Source of the DNA: Klebsormidium nitens
Lineage: Eukaryota > Plantae > Klebsormidiophyceae
Assembly: GCA_000708835.1 (NCBI GenBank)
Contig: DF237004.1
Span: 193,480 to 257,479, forward strand
Reading direction: 5' to 3'
DNA: 64,000 bases
Shown one piece after another: positions 26,601 through 38,407 of this stretch (positions are counted from its first letter, which is position 1; the number at the start of each line of letters is the position of its first letter). The notes under the pieces are model-generated. The model made no database searches and was not told where the DNA came from. It was given only the letters and a program-made list of their open reading frames with translations. The translations under genes and the position numbers were made by a program.

Positions 26601-28999
26601 CGCCCGAAATGGACAGCCCGCCCGCTACCACTGAGCTGCAGGCAATGGCGGGTCCGGACTTTGAGGCGACGTCACCCCCAATCAGAGGGCAAAGTTTCGG
26701 GCCCTCTGGAAAGGACCGGACGTTCTTGGACGACCGCGCGATGTCGGACGCCGAACGGCTCGGACGGGTGGAGCAGCTTCTGCGGGGGGGGGTCGAGGAC
26801 TCGGACGGAGAGCCCGCGAACCCGTTCGACTTTCCGGAGCGATTTGCGCCTGTGGGCGATTTGGGGCTGACGGACCACAGCCCGGCAAAGGCTCCCGCGC
26901 GCCCCGGCGAGTGGGTCGGGCGCAAAACCGTCGACGTGGCAGAGGTGATGCGGGGCGATGACGTGGCAGCGTGCGATTGGAAGGACGGCGTGGCGGCCCT
27001 GCGGGACCTCCACGTGTCCAAGTCCGCGACGCTGCCACATGTCATTGATCCGTTGGAGGTCGACGTCAGGCCGGACTTTGAGCCGTTGGATGGGGCCGCT
27101 GCTCTGCTGTCGAAAAAGGGGTTTGAGACACGGGGTTCAGGGTTTCTGCGGGAGGAGGATTTCGGCCTAGAGGGATCCCCCGGCTGGATGGACGGCCGGG
27201 CGGCGCTCAAAGCGTATGGCTTGGATACGCCCGGGGGCCCCAAGGCCAATCCCTCCCGGTTAGGTGAATCGAGCGCCAAACTTGAAGCCCGTTCGCCCCT
27301 GAAAAGCTCACCGGTTGGCAGCCCCCGCGCAACGTGGCAGCAAACAAAGTCGAAGACGGTCGGAGAGTGGGTGAACACGAGCGCTGTCACCACCCCGGGG
27401 GGGGTAGGTTCGCCTGGGGAAGAGACCCCCGGGCGCTTGCTGCCGCCCTGGGGAGTCAGGACCAGCGACGGGAAGGCGCACCGGAGGAGTCGCAGCCATG
27501 ACCTGGGCGGGAATGGCACCCCGAGGAGCGACCTCGGGTTCTACAGCCCCCGGGGTCCCAAGAAAGGGGAGTGGGCGCCAAGGAATGCTAAGGGTGAGAG
27601 GTTCGGCGAAGCATTTGCTCTTCAAATCTGGTGAATGTCTCCAGACTGTTCGTGGCTGAAGCTTAGCGAGCATTAGATACAAAAATTGCAGAATCTGCAG
27701 TTAGACATCAAGCTAGCATACTTCGCAACTGAACCGGACTTTGAAGTCTGGACAGGACAGTATCAGCTACGGGAACGGCTCCAGCACTTCATACCGGTGA
27801 CGACGACACGCAATCTTAGCAGAGGCTCGAGAGATGCCCAAACCAGCCGAGTTTTCCAGTCTTAACCATCCAGTGGCATTTACTGAGTTCCGTTCGGCTC
27901 CAGATCCCGCACTCGACGAGGCTGACGTCATCAATGACGGCAAAGAGAACATCAACCCCAACGTGGGCGCCGCGGCCCCCGCTCCCTCCGGTCTGGACCT
28001 CTCCGCCTTTCCCCCGGTGTTTCGTACCGGGGAGGCTGCCCAACAACTGCTCACGGTACGCTTGACAGCCCCTGTATTCGTACAGTTGGAAAGCCTTTTA
28101 AATGTTTGGCTTCTTGCTTTTTGCTAGTAGTTGGGTTGTAACCAGCCCTCTAATACGTGGATAATTTCGACTTGCAAATCACTGTCAATCTCGGTCCGCA
28201 AGGTACTTGCATGGAATTGACGATCAGCCAATACAACAGCCCAACGAAGACCTATGCTACATTTGCAACCGGATACCGTGCAAAAGTATGGAACGACACC
28301 TTCGAGCTTGCCAACTGCGAGCTGTTGTAGAGCAAACTCGCACTGCTACAATTTATCGGCGCTGATGGAAGATCATTCCCGTTGCCAGGTGTTCCAGCAG
28401 TTCGCGCCTCCAGAAGCCCCTGAGGGCGGAACGCCGACAAGGAGAAACGGCTCCTTGGTAAGCATCGACCGAGCGTTACCGTCTTAGGCACAATCGCGAG
28501 CCACACTGCCTCGTACAGAGGCGGAAAGTCTCTCCACAGCTCGCTGCGCGCATGGTATTTATGCAAAGCTCTGCATATGATTCCAGAGCAGGCCTTTATT
28601 CGGCCCTCACGTATCTGGACTCTTGTTGCGTGATTCCTGGAGGGAGCTTTTTCGCCTGAACTTCGATTGGCTCCTCAATAGTGTTTGAATATTCTGCCAC
28701 TGAATTAGTAATTTACTAGCTTAATAGGTTCAGGATTTGGGTTCTCTATCAGCACGCGCCCGTGGCAGTGGTTGATTAACCCTGACGTGACCCGTCGAAA
28801 CTTGCCTGAAGTTCCAGGCCCCTCTGCTGCAAGAGATGACACTTCCTCTTGCATTCCGCAGTCTTTGTCGGAACTGGACGGTCTGCTTATGGGCTACGGA
28901 ACTGAGCGCCTGTCCCTGCTGCTGGACTTGCTCGCCTCCCGGGGGGCCCTCCAGCCCTTCGTCGTGGGCCGCCAGATGCGCTGGGAAAGACCCCCCTGA
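23681..28999 (+). CDS. Multi-exon protein with an N-terminal DASH-complex Ask1-like segment, long S/T/P-rich disordered middle, KEN box and small C-terminal globular domain; further 5' exons (about 23000-23520) unresolved
   Basis: Phase-consistent chain 23681-23717, 23782-23818, 23930-24040, 24510-25215, 25418-25579, 26433-27593, 27904-28055, 28389-28457, 28862-28999(stop). N-terminal ..IENMRQRLDGAFVRAHKL..EQVEAEVQKWAPLFSEAA resembles remembered Ask1 consensus QEIDxNFSRAHRI..SKFWKQFFEAS. Gene structure is well supported; family call is motif-level only. Confidence 0.6.
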
Positions 29000-30264
29000 A
29001 ACGTCAGCCGTCGCTCTGAGGAAGGACCTTTTGTCTTGGGACCCGGAGACGGCATGGGCCTGCATCAGTCCGTTGAAAGTGGTTTATATAGCCCGAAGAT
29101 GCTTGGAAAGCTCGGGGAGAACGAGTACATGTCGCAAAATGATCCATCATTAGCTGGTCGTGAAAGTCCGTCAGAGTCGGTCGTTGCACGGAGTACTACT
29201 CCGTTGTCCTAACCGTACAATAGCATCTGTGTACATTCATACGTGTATCCTGCAGACTACCTACTTATGTAGGAAAGGCGACTAACATCCGTTGACTCGT
29301 GGTGTGTACGTAGCTTCACAATACTTTCTTGAGTTCGTAAGTAATGATGCAGTTCTATGTGGTAGATCCGAAAGGAAGCAGCTAGGTTGAAAGTCTTCAT
29401 TGCTAAACTTGAAGAAGATCTGAAACAGTCCCCTGATCCATGCATTCTGCATTCTTGCTGAAGCACCAAACCAAGGCAGACGTTTTCCGCTTGTCCACTA
29501 AGAAACCTATCAGCATGGGGCTCTAAGTTGCCAGATCCAGTGCTTAACAAACTTTGACAACGTTTCATTAATTGGTCAAGACACTCGGCCCGGGCTGTCA
29601 TTGCCGCCCCGTCATGGCTTGATGCACGGTCAGTCATGCAAACCTTGTTGGAATGCCGAATTTATAAGCCGCTGCAAGGTATACCGTCAATAACAATAAG
29701 TAACATGCAAAACCGGAAAATTACGGATAATTGCGAATTACACATCCTGCAAAACGCTTTGATATGTGCATTTGCAAAAAGAACGAGAGGATTCGCGTTG
29801 AGGAGCTCGCTTTCCCTGAGCTCATCATGCTGGCATGAATGGCGTACGGTGTACGTCGATATCACAGATGAACTCTTTGAGATCTGTCAGCCGGTTTTGG
29901 GGTTCATTAGCGCGTTCATGATGCAGGCAGCATGCGTCCGTTGTAATTTCTACCGTCGCGCACAACTACAGCGATCGGTTTGCCTCATAATAAGTACGAT
30001 TTTGGCAGAGTTAAGTCTTTGGTCTGGTCTCCTTAACATAAATATGAAGTACTATGCTGAACTGGATAAACGGATAACGGCGTCATGGCATGTGATCTTT
30101 TACAACGCCAAGTGCCATGTCGGGTCGCAGAACTCAAAGATAGACGATGATCTCTAGCAGCACATGCACTGGTCCGCTGAGCTTTTACGAAGGTTTGGCT
30201 CAGTGAGATCAGGCCAGCCTTGGTCGACGGGAGCTATGTCTCAACGAGAGCTGCGGAAGACGCG

Positions 30265-31140
30265 CTAAGGCGTCAGCTCGTAAGACCGAATCTTGAACCT
30301 CTTCTCGTTGGCTAACTTGTGAAGCCGCTTCCACTTACACCACAGCTCCTTGTCGTAGCGCAGCTCCTTGACGTCCCTCACAAACTCGATCGGACCGTGC
30401 ACCTGCGCCTCGATCAGAAAGTTGATCCTCGGATCGGACGTCGGTGCGTACCAATTCCGCTCCACCAGGCAGCGGATCTCCTCGTCCGTGAAGCGCACCA
30501 GAACGTGCGCGAGGTGCTCGCAGGTAGCGACCGTTTGCGCGAGGTCCTCCGTGGACGGGCCGTAGGTGAAGGTGCAGCGCGCGCGGACTTGCGCTTTCAG
30601 CTCGAAGTAGCAGTCTCCGAAATCGCGCGCGGTTCCCCCGGGCATGTTGTACAGGTTCACCGAGCCGTATTTTGGGCGTTCTCCGGGGGCTGTCTCTCCG
30701 TCGTACTGGCCCGCAAAGAGCGTCCGTTCCTTCTCCTCTCGCTGCGCCGTGTTCGACGCTGTAACTTCCGTCTCGAACACGCTGCGACAGTGGCTGTCCG
30801 CGAGGAAAGCGTCCAGGACCGTCCGGTAAAAACAACACCCAGGTTCTATCGGCAGAAAGGGGTCGAAGTGGATGATGATAGGAGCCGCATCCCGCAGATA
30901 CTTCAACACAGTTTGTAGCACGTCCTTGTCGTACCCGAGTCTTTGGAAGTTTTGCGCGAGTCGTGGGAGAGCGGCGTTGGATGCTTCCTTGGCGCGCGCG
31001 CGCGCCCCGCTCATCACCCTCGCCTGGGTGGGGGAAAGGCTGCTCTCGCCGTTTGGCTCAAGCTCGGGTCCCTTGGTTCCGTCCGACGGTTCGTTTCCGT
31101 CTGGCATCGTACCCCTCAAACAGCTGAGAAAGCAACCCAT
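30265..31140 (-). CDS. DUF3626-family protein, intronless CDS, N-terminal MGCFLSC acylation motif
   Basis: 291-aa ORF with IIIHF, YRS/CRSxFET, ERPKYGSVN, FGDCYFELK..VRARCTFTYG, FLIEAQVHGPIEF..DVKEL, matching the remembered DUF3626 pattern; candidate 5'-UTR acceptor (cttccgcag on minus strand) ~100 nt upstream of ATG. Confidence 0.8.
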   Translation of the reverse strand: MGCFLSCLRGTMPDGNEPSDGTKGPELEPNGESSLSPTQARVMSGARARAKEASNAALPRLAQNFQRLGYDKDVLQTVLKYLRDAAPIIIHFDPFLPIEPGCCFYRTVLDAFLADSHCRSVFETEVTASNTAQREEKERTLFAGQYDGETAPGERPKYGSVNLYNMPGGTARDFGDCYFELKAQVRARCTFTYGPSTEDLAQTVATCEHLAHVLVRFTDEEIRCLVERNWYAPTSDPRINFLIEAQVHGPIEFVRDVKELRYDKELWCKWKRLHKLANEKRFKIRSYELTP

Positions 31141-33057
31141 CTTACCAGCGAAAACGGAGCACCAGTATTATCCCCGTTCTAAGAGTTGCTCCCTGTGCGG
31201 AGTTGTTTGGCAGATTCGCGGCGTCTCAGGAGAGTGCCATGCCTGCGGAAGTGCCATACATGTGCGTTAGAATCTGCAGAACGGCAGAACGGTGCAACGG
31301 AACAGCGCTTGTTTTTTATGGTAGGCACAGTCTTGACACATATCTCCCGACAGCGAGACACGAGTCCGTCTGTCGGCCTGCCTCAAGCGTTACCGAGCTG
31401 GTGACCGTCGATTTTTCTAGGCCTATGGTTCTAACAGATCCCAGAAAGGCTCAAGGAGGAGGAGATTTTCTTCCTGGAAGCTGGTTTGGATACCACAAAA
31501 GAAGTCAAGCGCCGACCTCAATCCTCAGCTTCTTTGAAAGGGCCTCATCACAGAAACCAAAAGGATGCACATCGAAAGCTGATGGTCAAGATCTGCAATT
31601 GTCTAATCTTTGGAAGGTTATTGCTGCTCCCAACTGATCAGCTCACTCGTGCATAATTTGCTTTCGCACGATATGAACCGAACCACATAAGCCTTCAAAA
31701 GAAGCCGTGAAGTAACTGATGTTCCCTTTTGAGGCATGAATAATTGGCACAAGGACCAATCTTGCCATCTCGAGATATTACCTTCGCTATTTGGTCACAG
31801 GGCTCTTTTTAGTTGTAGAAAAGCTTGATCGACAATTCGTTTCAGAGGTTGTCATTCAGAAAGGGCTGGTTGTCCAACTCTTCGTACTGGTTGACACTGA
31901 CAAGCCAAAGCACTTGAATCGACCGAAAGACGTTCGTCCCTGAGTTGTGAGAAATTCACAGGAAGTCAGATTCTTTGACGATGCTCACCGTGATTCTTTA
32001 CTCTGATCTGCATATTCCTTACGTTACATGACACACCGGATTCTGTTCTGTTTTCGCTCCATAGTATCAGCCTTCTTGTCCCACCCGCCCAACTAGGGAG
32101 CAGAGATCAACACGCATCTCTTCGAGCTCTCCTCTGTGATACATGTGAACAAAAGCTTTGAATATCGTTGCTGCAAGTCACGTTCAAAAATCTACTTCCC
32201 CAGTCTGTAGATCCTCGTTGAAGGACGCCTTACTCGGAATTCTAGATCTTTCTGAGCAGCCTCTGTCTGGGGCGGCTGCACTAATCATGATTATACTCGA
32301 ATATAAAGTCAGGGACAGGGTCGAGTGCCTCTACGTTGAGGAGCATCAAGCGTCGGCGGCCGCACACTGGCGCAGTGTAAGCCGTCGAAAAGCGGCCGCC
32401 CGCGATTGTTGCAGACGTCCGATCCGTGCGGAGCTGAGATTTCCGCCGTCCGATGAATCTCATCGACGGTCGAAGAGAATGGGTCCGGGGTTTCGGTATT
32501 GACTGCATCAAACTCTTTTCCTGGCGCGAGTTTAGGACTTTCGTGCTTTCCAAATTAAGATTAAGTCTGCAAGATTTTGTGCATTTCGATTGGATTTTGC
32601 AAAGAGGATTTGCGACAGGGGAAGTTCTTCCCAGTACTCCTCGCAAGCGAATCCGCTGTGAGCTATTCTGTTGCAGAAGAAGGCTGGCCTTCTTGTACGC
32701 CAACCTTTTCAGCTCTTTGCGGCAGGAACAAAGTAATCAAAGTTATAAAAAGATGCGCCTGCAGGTGTGCTTTCGCAGGCTCTATCGCCGGAGGTGAAAA
32801 GAGAAACAAGACTGAAGCCATGAGGTGATCAGCCCGGCTAGCAAGACAAAGCAACCATCGACAGCTTAAATCATCATCGATGAGCAGCTTTCAAGCAGAA
32901 TCCAAATGAAAACTGCGAGCACTGATTGACCACTGTAGATAGAATTGCCAAAATAGTGATATTTCGAAATAGTAAGAGGCAGGGGAGCCTAAGGTCTTCG
33001 GAGATAGCGTAAAGAGAGTCTCAAAAAAAATTTGAGCTTGAACTCCTCAAGTTCAAA

Positions 33058-36000
33058 ATGACGTCTGGCCCCTCTATTTCTAGCAGTGCTCTGCCGTCAG
33101 TGCTTGGCTTGCTGTTCCTGAGCCTCCTCTTGGGCGCATGCATTCCATCCAGTAGCGCGTTTTATCTTCCTGGATTGCACCCCACTGTGTTCCAACCTGA
33201 GGACATCATCCCCATGAAGACCAGTCGTGTTGCATCTACAAAGAGTCACATGGATTACGGTGAGCTTGGACCAAATGCTTGCTGGCATAGTGACAAAAAA
33301 TCAGCTACTTTGCATGTAATCTTCTGTTCGCTTAACGCAGCAGGCAGGCTTTTTCCTTGATCTCGGTTTTCTAATCAAAGGATGTAATGTGCCTGGTTCT
33401 GTTAAGGTCTGTTCTTTAAAGATCTGGCAACCTGTTGTAGCTGACTGCTCTGCAGATCTTAAGAATGCTTGCAGAGCAAAGTGACCTTGGTATTGATAAA
33501 TCACAAAATAAAAATGATATTTTTCCTGTCCTAAGCAAACCCTCGTTCGAAGAATCTCACCACCGCTTCATGTCTATTGTGCAGACTTGTACGATATGCC
33601 ATTCTGTCAGCCTCCTAGCGCGGTCGAAAACCTGGCTGATCTCGCAGAATCGGCAATTGGTGAAAGCTACTATTCTGCACCATTCGAATCGAGAGCACTC
33701 AAAAATGAGAGTTGCAAGCTACTTTGTATTGCGCCAGAATTTGCGGACCAGGGAGAGCCTTCCCAGCTGTTTCTAAGTCTCGTCAAGCGAGGAGGATTCC
33801 TCGCTAGGCTAAGAGTTGACGGTAAGTATATCTTTCGTCTGAAGGCGTTTTTGACTAATGCCTCTGTGTTGGACTGGTGCCTGAGATGCATCAGTGGCTG
33901 TCTTGAAAAATACAGAGTCCATGATCTCTTGTAGAAGCAGATTTTATTCTCCCCTAGGCTTTCAAGATGAGCCGGGCCTTTGCTTCAAGAGCTGAATCGG
34001 TTGGTCCTGGTTGTGGCAGGTCTACCGGCACTTCACGTCACGCAGGTACCAAGTTCGTCGGCCTCCCCAGGCAATCCCGAATTGGCACAAGTGCTGAAAG
34101 GAGACGGGTACCCGATCGGTTTCCATGACGTGGACGATTTCTATGTCAACAATCACGTGAGTTGTTTGCTAGACCATGAAGCTGCCCGAGACACACTTCA
34201 GATGGTGTCTGTTAGTCACCTTATGCAGCCGCTACTGTAGGTTGCAACAATCTGCACTCTGGATCTGGTCTCTCAAAGTATGGTGGGACTTCAAGCATCT
34301 GTGCAAGTATTTAACACAGAAGTGGTTATGGTTGAAGGCCGTTGTGATTGACATGCCGACACTGCACCCTGTTAGAGTTAGAGGTCAAGCTTCAGAGCAC
34401 CTTCCTCTGGCATGCAAAAGTGCCACAATCGAAATTCGTGCAAACCCCTCACGAAATTTCCCATATTTAAGGCATTCAATCCTCCGCAGATCACGTTCTA
34501 CATCGACTACCACCCGATAGAACCAAAGACAGACGAAGAGCCAGTAAAAGCACGACTGGTCAGCATTTACATCACTCCAGCGAGTGTTCAGACAGCCGCT
34601 GGTGACATCCAGTCCTGTGAAGCTCCTCTGCCAGCTCAGAAGGCCGCTGGAAATGTGCTCTTCACATATAGCGTCTATTTCAGACCTTCGGCGATGGATT
34701 GGGCTTCAAGGTAAGTCCCAGAGATGAAGCCAAGTTAGACAAAAATCCTCGCGCGCATAAAGTCAGGGTTAAGCTGACTCTATTTAATTCCTGACCGACT
34801 TGCCTAGAGGACGCGGTACAGAAAGCAACTTGTGCATCTGAAATTTTTCTTTTGCAAGCATGCAACAGAAAATTTGGGGCTAAGATCTAGTCTGTAGGTT
34901 ATCTATAAAGTGAACTAGGTTCATCAGTTCTTTCAAACAGCACTTTCTGAAAAGAGCATCTGGCCACACACAAATACAAATTGCAACCTTGTCATCCAGG
35001 TGGGACGCTCTTCTGGACATGCCAGAGGACGAAGCTGGCGACAGCCTCTTTTCTGTAGCCAAGGCCTCCGTCCTGTGCTTCTGCGTGACCGGGCTACTAG
35101 CTCTGGTCTTGCTCCGGACGCTTCGACGTGACCTGGCGGCTTTCAAGGAACATTACGCCTCTATAGACAAGGAGAAGGGCTACGTCGACTCATTGGCTGA
35201 GCAAGCAAACTGGAGCTCTCTTGCTTACGATGTTTTCCGACCTCCCAAAGCTGCGAAGATGCTTGCCGTAGTGGTGAGACCACCTAGCTTCGCTCAATCT
35301 GGTATGGCCTGGTTGTCAGAATTCGTGTAACTCTCATTGAACTGTTAAATGCGAACCTTATGATATGCAGACAAGCAACTTATCCTTTTTTTCTGCGGAG
35401 AGCCCGAAGCCGTGGCCGAAGTAATTGCTCATTTCCTGAATATGAATAAGCTGACTGTCAGAATCTATAGGCCCAGCGAAGAAGCGAGGTCATTTTCCCT
35501 GACGTGCATCTCTTCGCGACGAACTTGCCAATCCCTTTGATGCTCGGCCGACAAACAGGGTTTTGAGGTTCCAAAGGTTGAAAAGGTTGCACAACAGCTC
35601 AAAGCATCCTTTCTGGTCCTGCAGGTCGGCACAGGCGCTCAGCTCTTCTTCGTGGTCCTTACCCTGGTCTCGGCCGTCATCTTCGGCTTCTTCTCTCCAG
35701 TCAGGCGCGGCATGCTCATGAATGGCGCGTTCGTCGTCGTCGCTCTCTTTGGCGCGCTCGCGGGTCACTGCGCCGCGCGCACCTACAGGCTGTTCCACCG
35801 GCCCGGCGACTGGGAGACGGTCATCTTTAGAACTGCCACTGTGTTTCCGGGGCTCTTTTTTGCGGTGCGTTATTGCGTTCACATAAACTTGATTTCAAAA
35901 AACGCAAGCGCCTCACGTCTAGAACGCGACGTCTCTTGAATCAATTCAACCAACTCAAGAAAAGAACCGTAAGGTTTGTCAAACGCTGGGATGCCACTGT

Positions 36001-37586
36001 GTTCGACCTTCAGCCCCGTTCGAATCCCTCATTATTTACCATTTTGCTCTTCTGAGATGCTGCTCATTCGTACCCGCAGTCTCTCTTCGCGCTCAATCAC
36101 GTCCTGGCGAGCCACGAGGCTTCCGGCGCCGTTCCGTCCTCCACGCTCAATGTCCTCTGCGCGCTGTGGTTCGCCCTTTCCGTTCCGCTCGTCTACCTGG
36201 GGGCGCAGTTTGGGTTCGGCTCCAGGATGGTCGAGTTCCCGGTCAAGGTCGCCGCAACGCCCCGGGAGCTCCCTCTCGCTTTCAGAGCCTGGTACCAGTA
36301 CCCGGTGATTCAGATGATGGTTGGCGGGGCGATCGTGTTCGGAGTGGTTGCGACGCAGGCGTCCGCCCTGTTCACAAAGCTCTGGCTGCAGCAGTGAGTG
36401 CGCAGGCTATTTGCATAAATCGTCACATTCTGGTGTGTTGGATAGGGACGACAGCCAGCAACGATGATTTGCGAGATGTTCAATTCAAAGCTTGCTTCCT
36501 CATCCAAATGTTACTGGTTGTCAAGCGACAAGCCAAATAACATTGCTGGAGTTTTCTGCCTTCACTTCTGGTGTCAAATAATGGCAAGGTTGTCAAGGCG
36601 AGTAAAGTAACATGCGATTGCAAAAGCCTATGTTCTCTGCTTACGTCACGGGACTTAATGTATTATTGCAGGTACGTCTACATGTATGGCTTCCTTCTTG
36701 CAACTTTTGGACTCATGGCGATCGTCAGTGCGGAGATGTCCATCATTGCAGTGTATTTCCTCCTCGGAGCACAGGACTACCGCTGGTAAGTCTTTTTTGA
36801 GTAAAGTTTGTTTCGCTGTGAGGAATGAGCCCAGACTGCTCACTGGACGACTCGGGAGTAGGACTGGCTCGTCGCACCTGTGCAGAGTCCGGTGACTCAA
36901 CGTCAAGACTTACTGTGTCAACACCAGGGTCGTCGAGGGAGCCTTTAGCCGTCCCCAGAGGTTCAGTCAGATTACAGGATTCTGATCTCTGAGAATCGAC
37001 TACATCAGCTACTTACCCCGCAAATCACTGAGTTCTTGCAAGACCAATTGTTTTCCGCTCTCACCCCGTCTCAGGTGGTGGACTTCGTTCCTGGTCCCTG
37101 CCTTCTCCGGCGTCTACATCTTCATTGCGATCTGCGCGTGGCTCCTCCCCGCCGCTGCGGCGAGCTCGCCCCTCTCGGTTACTCTGCTCCTGTCATATGC
37201 GGGGATGTTCTCGTTGGTAAGCGTGGATTCCTGAAAGCCGCTTGGTATCCACGCTGAGTCCACGCGTTGCCTCCCTCTTCCTTACCAGTCTTCTGCAATC
37301 ACTTGATGCTGTTTTGTACCTCTGTTTGAGAAAGTATAGGTACAGTTCTCGCATTCGGAGAGCCCAGTGACTCTGGCTATGGCATGAACAGTGATCTGGG
37401 AGCGAGGTTCGTGCCTGGTTATAATGGTCCTAATATATTCTTAGCCGTCCTCATCAATTGCCGACACCTTGCCACCATCACTATCAGTTTGCCTTGCAGG
37501 TGTGTGGCCTCGCGGCTGGTGCGATCGGATTCTACGCATCCTTTTCCTTCGTTTGGGCCATCTACTCTAGCGTAAAATCAGAGTAG
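33058..37586 (+). CDS. Transmembrane 9 superfamily (TM9SF/EMP70/TMN) protein, divergent
   Basis: Signal peptide then AFYLPG; YDMPFCQP; FYVNNH; FTYSVYF..WASRWD; LRTLRRD; DVFRPP; VGTGAQL; SGAVP; LWFALSVPL; YMYGFL; AEMSII.VYFLLGAQDYRWWWTSFL; C-terminal IYSSVKSE* (KxE Golgi-retention type motif). About 10 exons with GT-AG introns. Confidence 0.92.
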
Positions 37587-38407
37587 GAGCTGCTGCTCTC
37601 TGTATGCCGCGGGGAACAATACTTGCAGTATAAGAAGGAGCGTGTACTGAGTACGTGTGCTTTGGACGTTCTTCCCAACTTTTGCAACCGTATGATGGTT
37701 TGGGTCGCAGCCATCGGATGAGCCGAGTAAGCCTGTCGCTGTTCGGTTGAAAGATAAATAGCAAACAGGTGCATCACATTCGCAAGCGACTGCGTGTGCG
37801 CAATCGATTGTCATGTTATAAGCCATAGGTTACCTCCGACGCCCTGTCTAATGCCAGAAAGAATGGCTTAATGCAAAGAGATCACCAAAGTGATCAGCTT
37901 AGAGCCTGGAGATTTATGCCGCACTGTCCATGCATGGCTACATCCTCGACTTCAAAGCCATGCGGACATATGATGAACTTCGCATGATGCTGTCTTGTGG
38001 TATGATTCATGCAATGAGCACGGAATGGTCGCCCAGATTTGATCTGTCGAGAGCACATGGTGCTTAATCTTAAACGCGCAGCGGCCCTGTATACAGCTGA
38101 GGGCGGAAAGTTTAGCAATGTATAGCCTCTAGCCTGCAGGCGCAAACGGCCCCCTATGCTGGCAACTAACCTGTCTTGCCAACTAAGTACTGTATAACTT
38201 AGCTTCACCTTGATTGTACACACTGTTCACGATCCATCCACTTTCCATCGGACGCTTTCTCGAACACTCTCTCGCGTCTAAACGCATGTCCCACCCAGCT
38301 TTCTACCACCACTTCGCCTTTCCACGCGACTTGAACGCGCGGCCCTCTCGGCTCTTTCAGACGCGGTTCGGACGATTCGCCCAGCTTTTGAGCGATATTC
38401 GGACGCC

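Noticed and set aside
26380-27519. 379-aa minus-strand ORF, and 24404-25057 similarly
   Set aside because: Antisense to phase-consistent plus-strand exons.
29000-30200. ORFs 29257-29637 and 29636-30157
   Set aside because: No recognisable motifs or splice-consistent structure; probably UTR or intergenic.
31200-33000. Several 70-145 aa ORFs between DUF3626 and TM9SF
   Set aside because: No family motifs; could not build a gene model.
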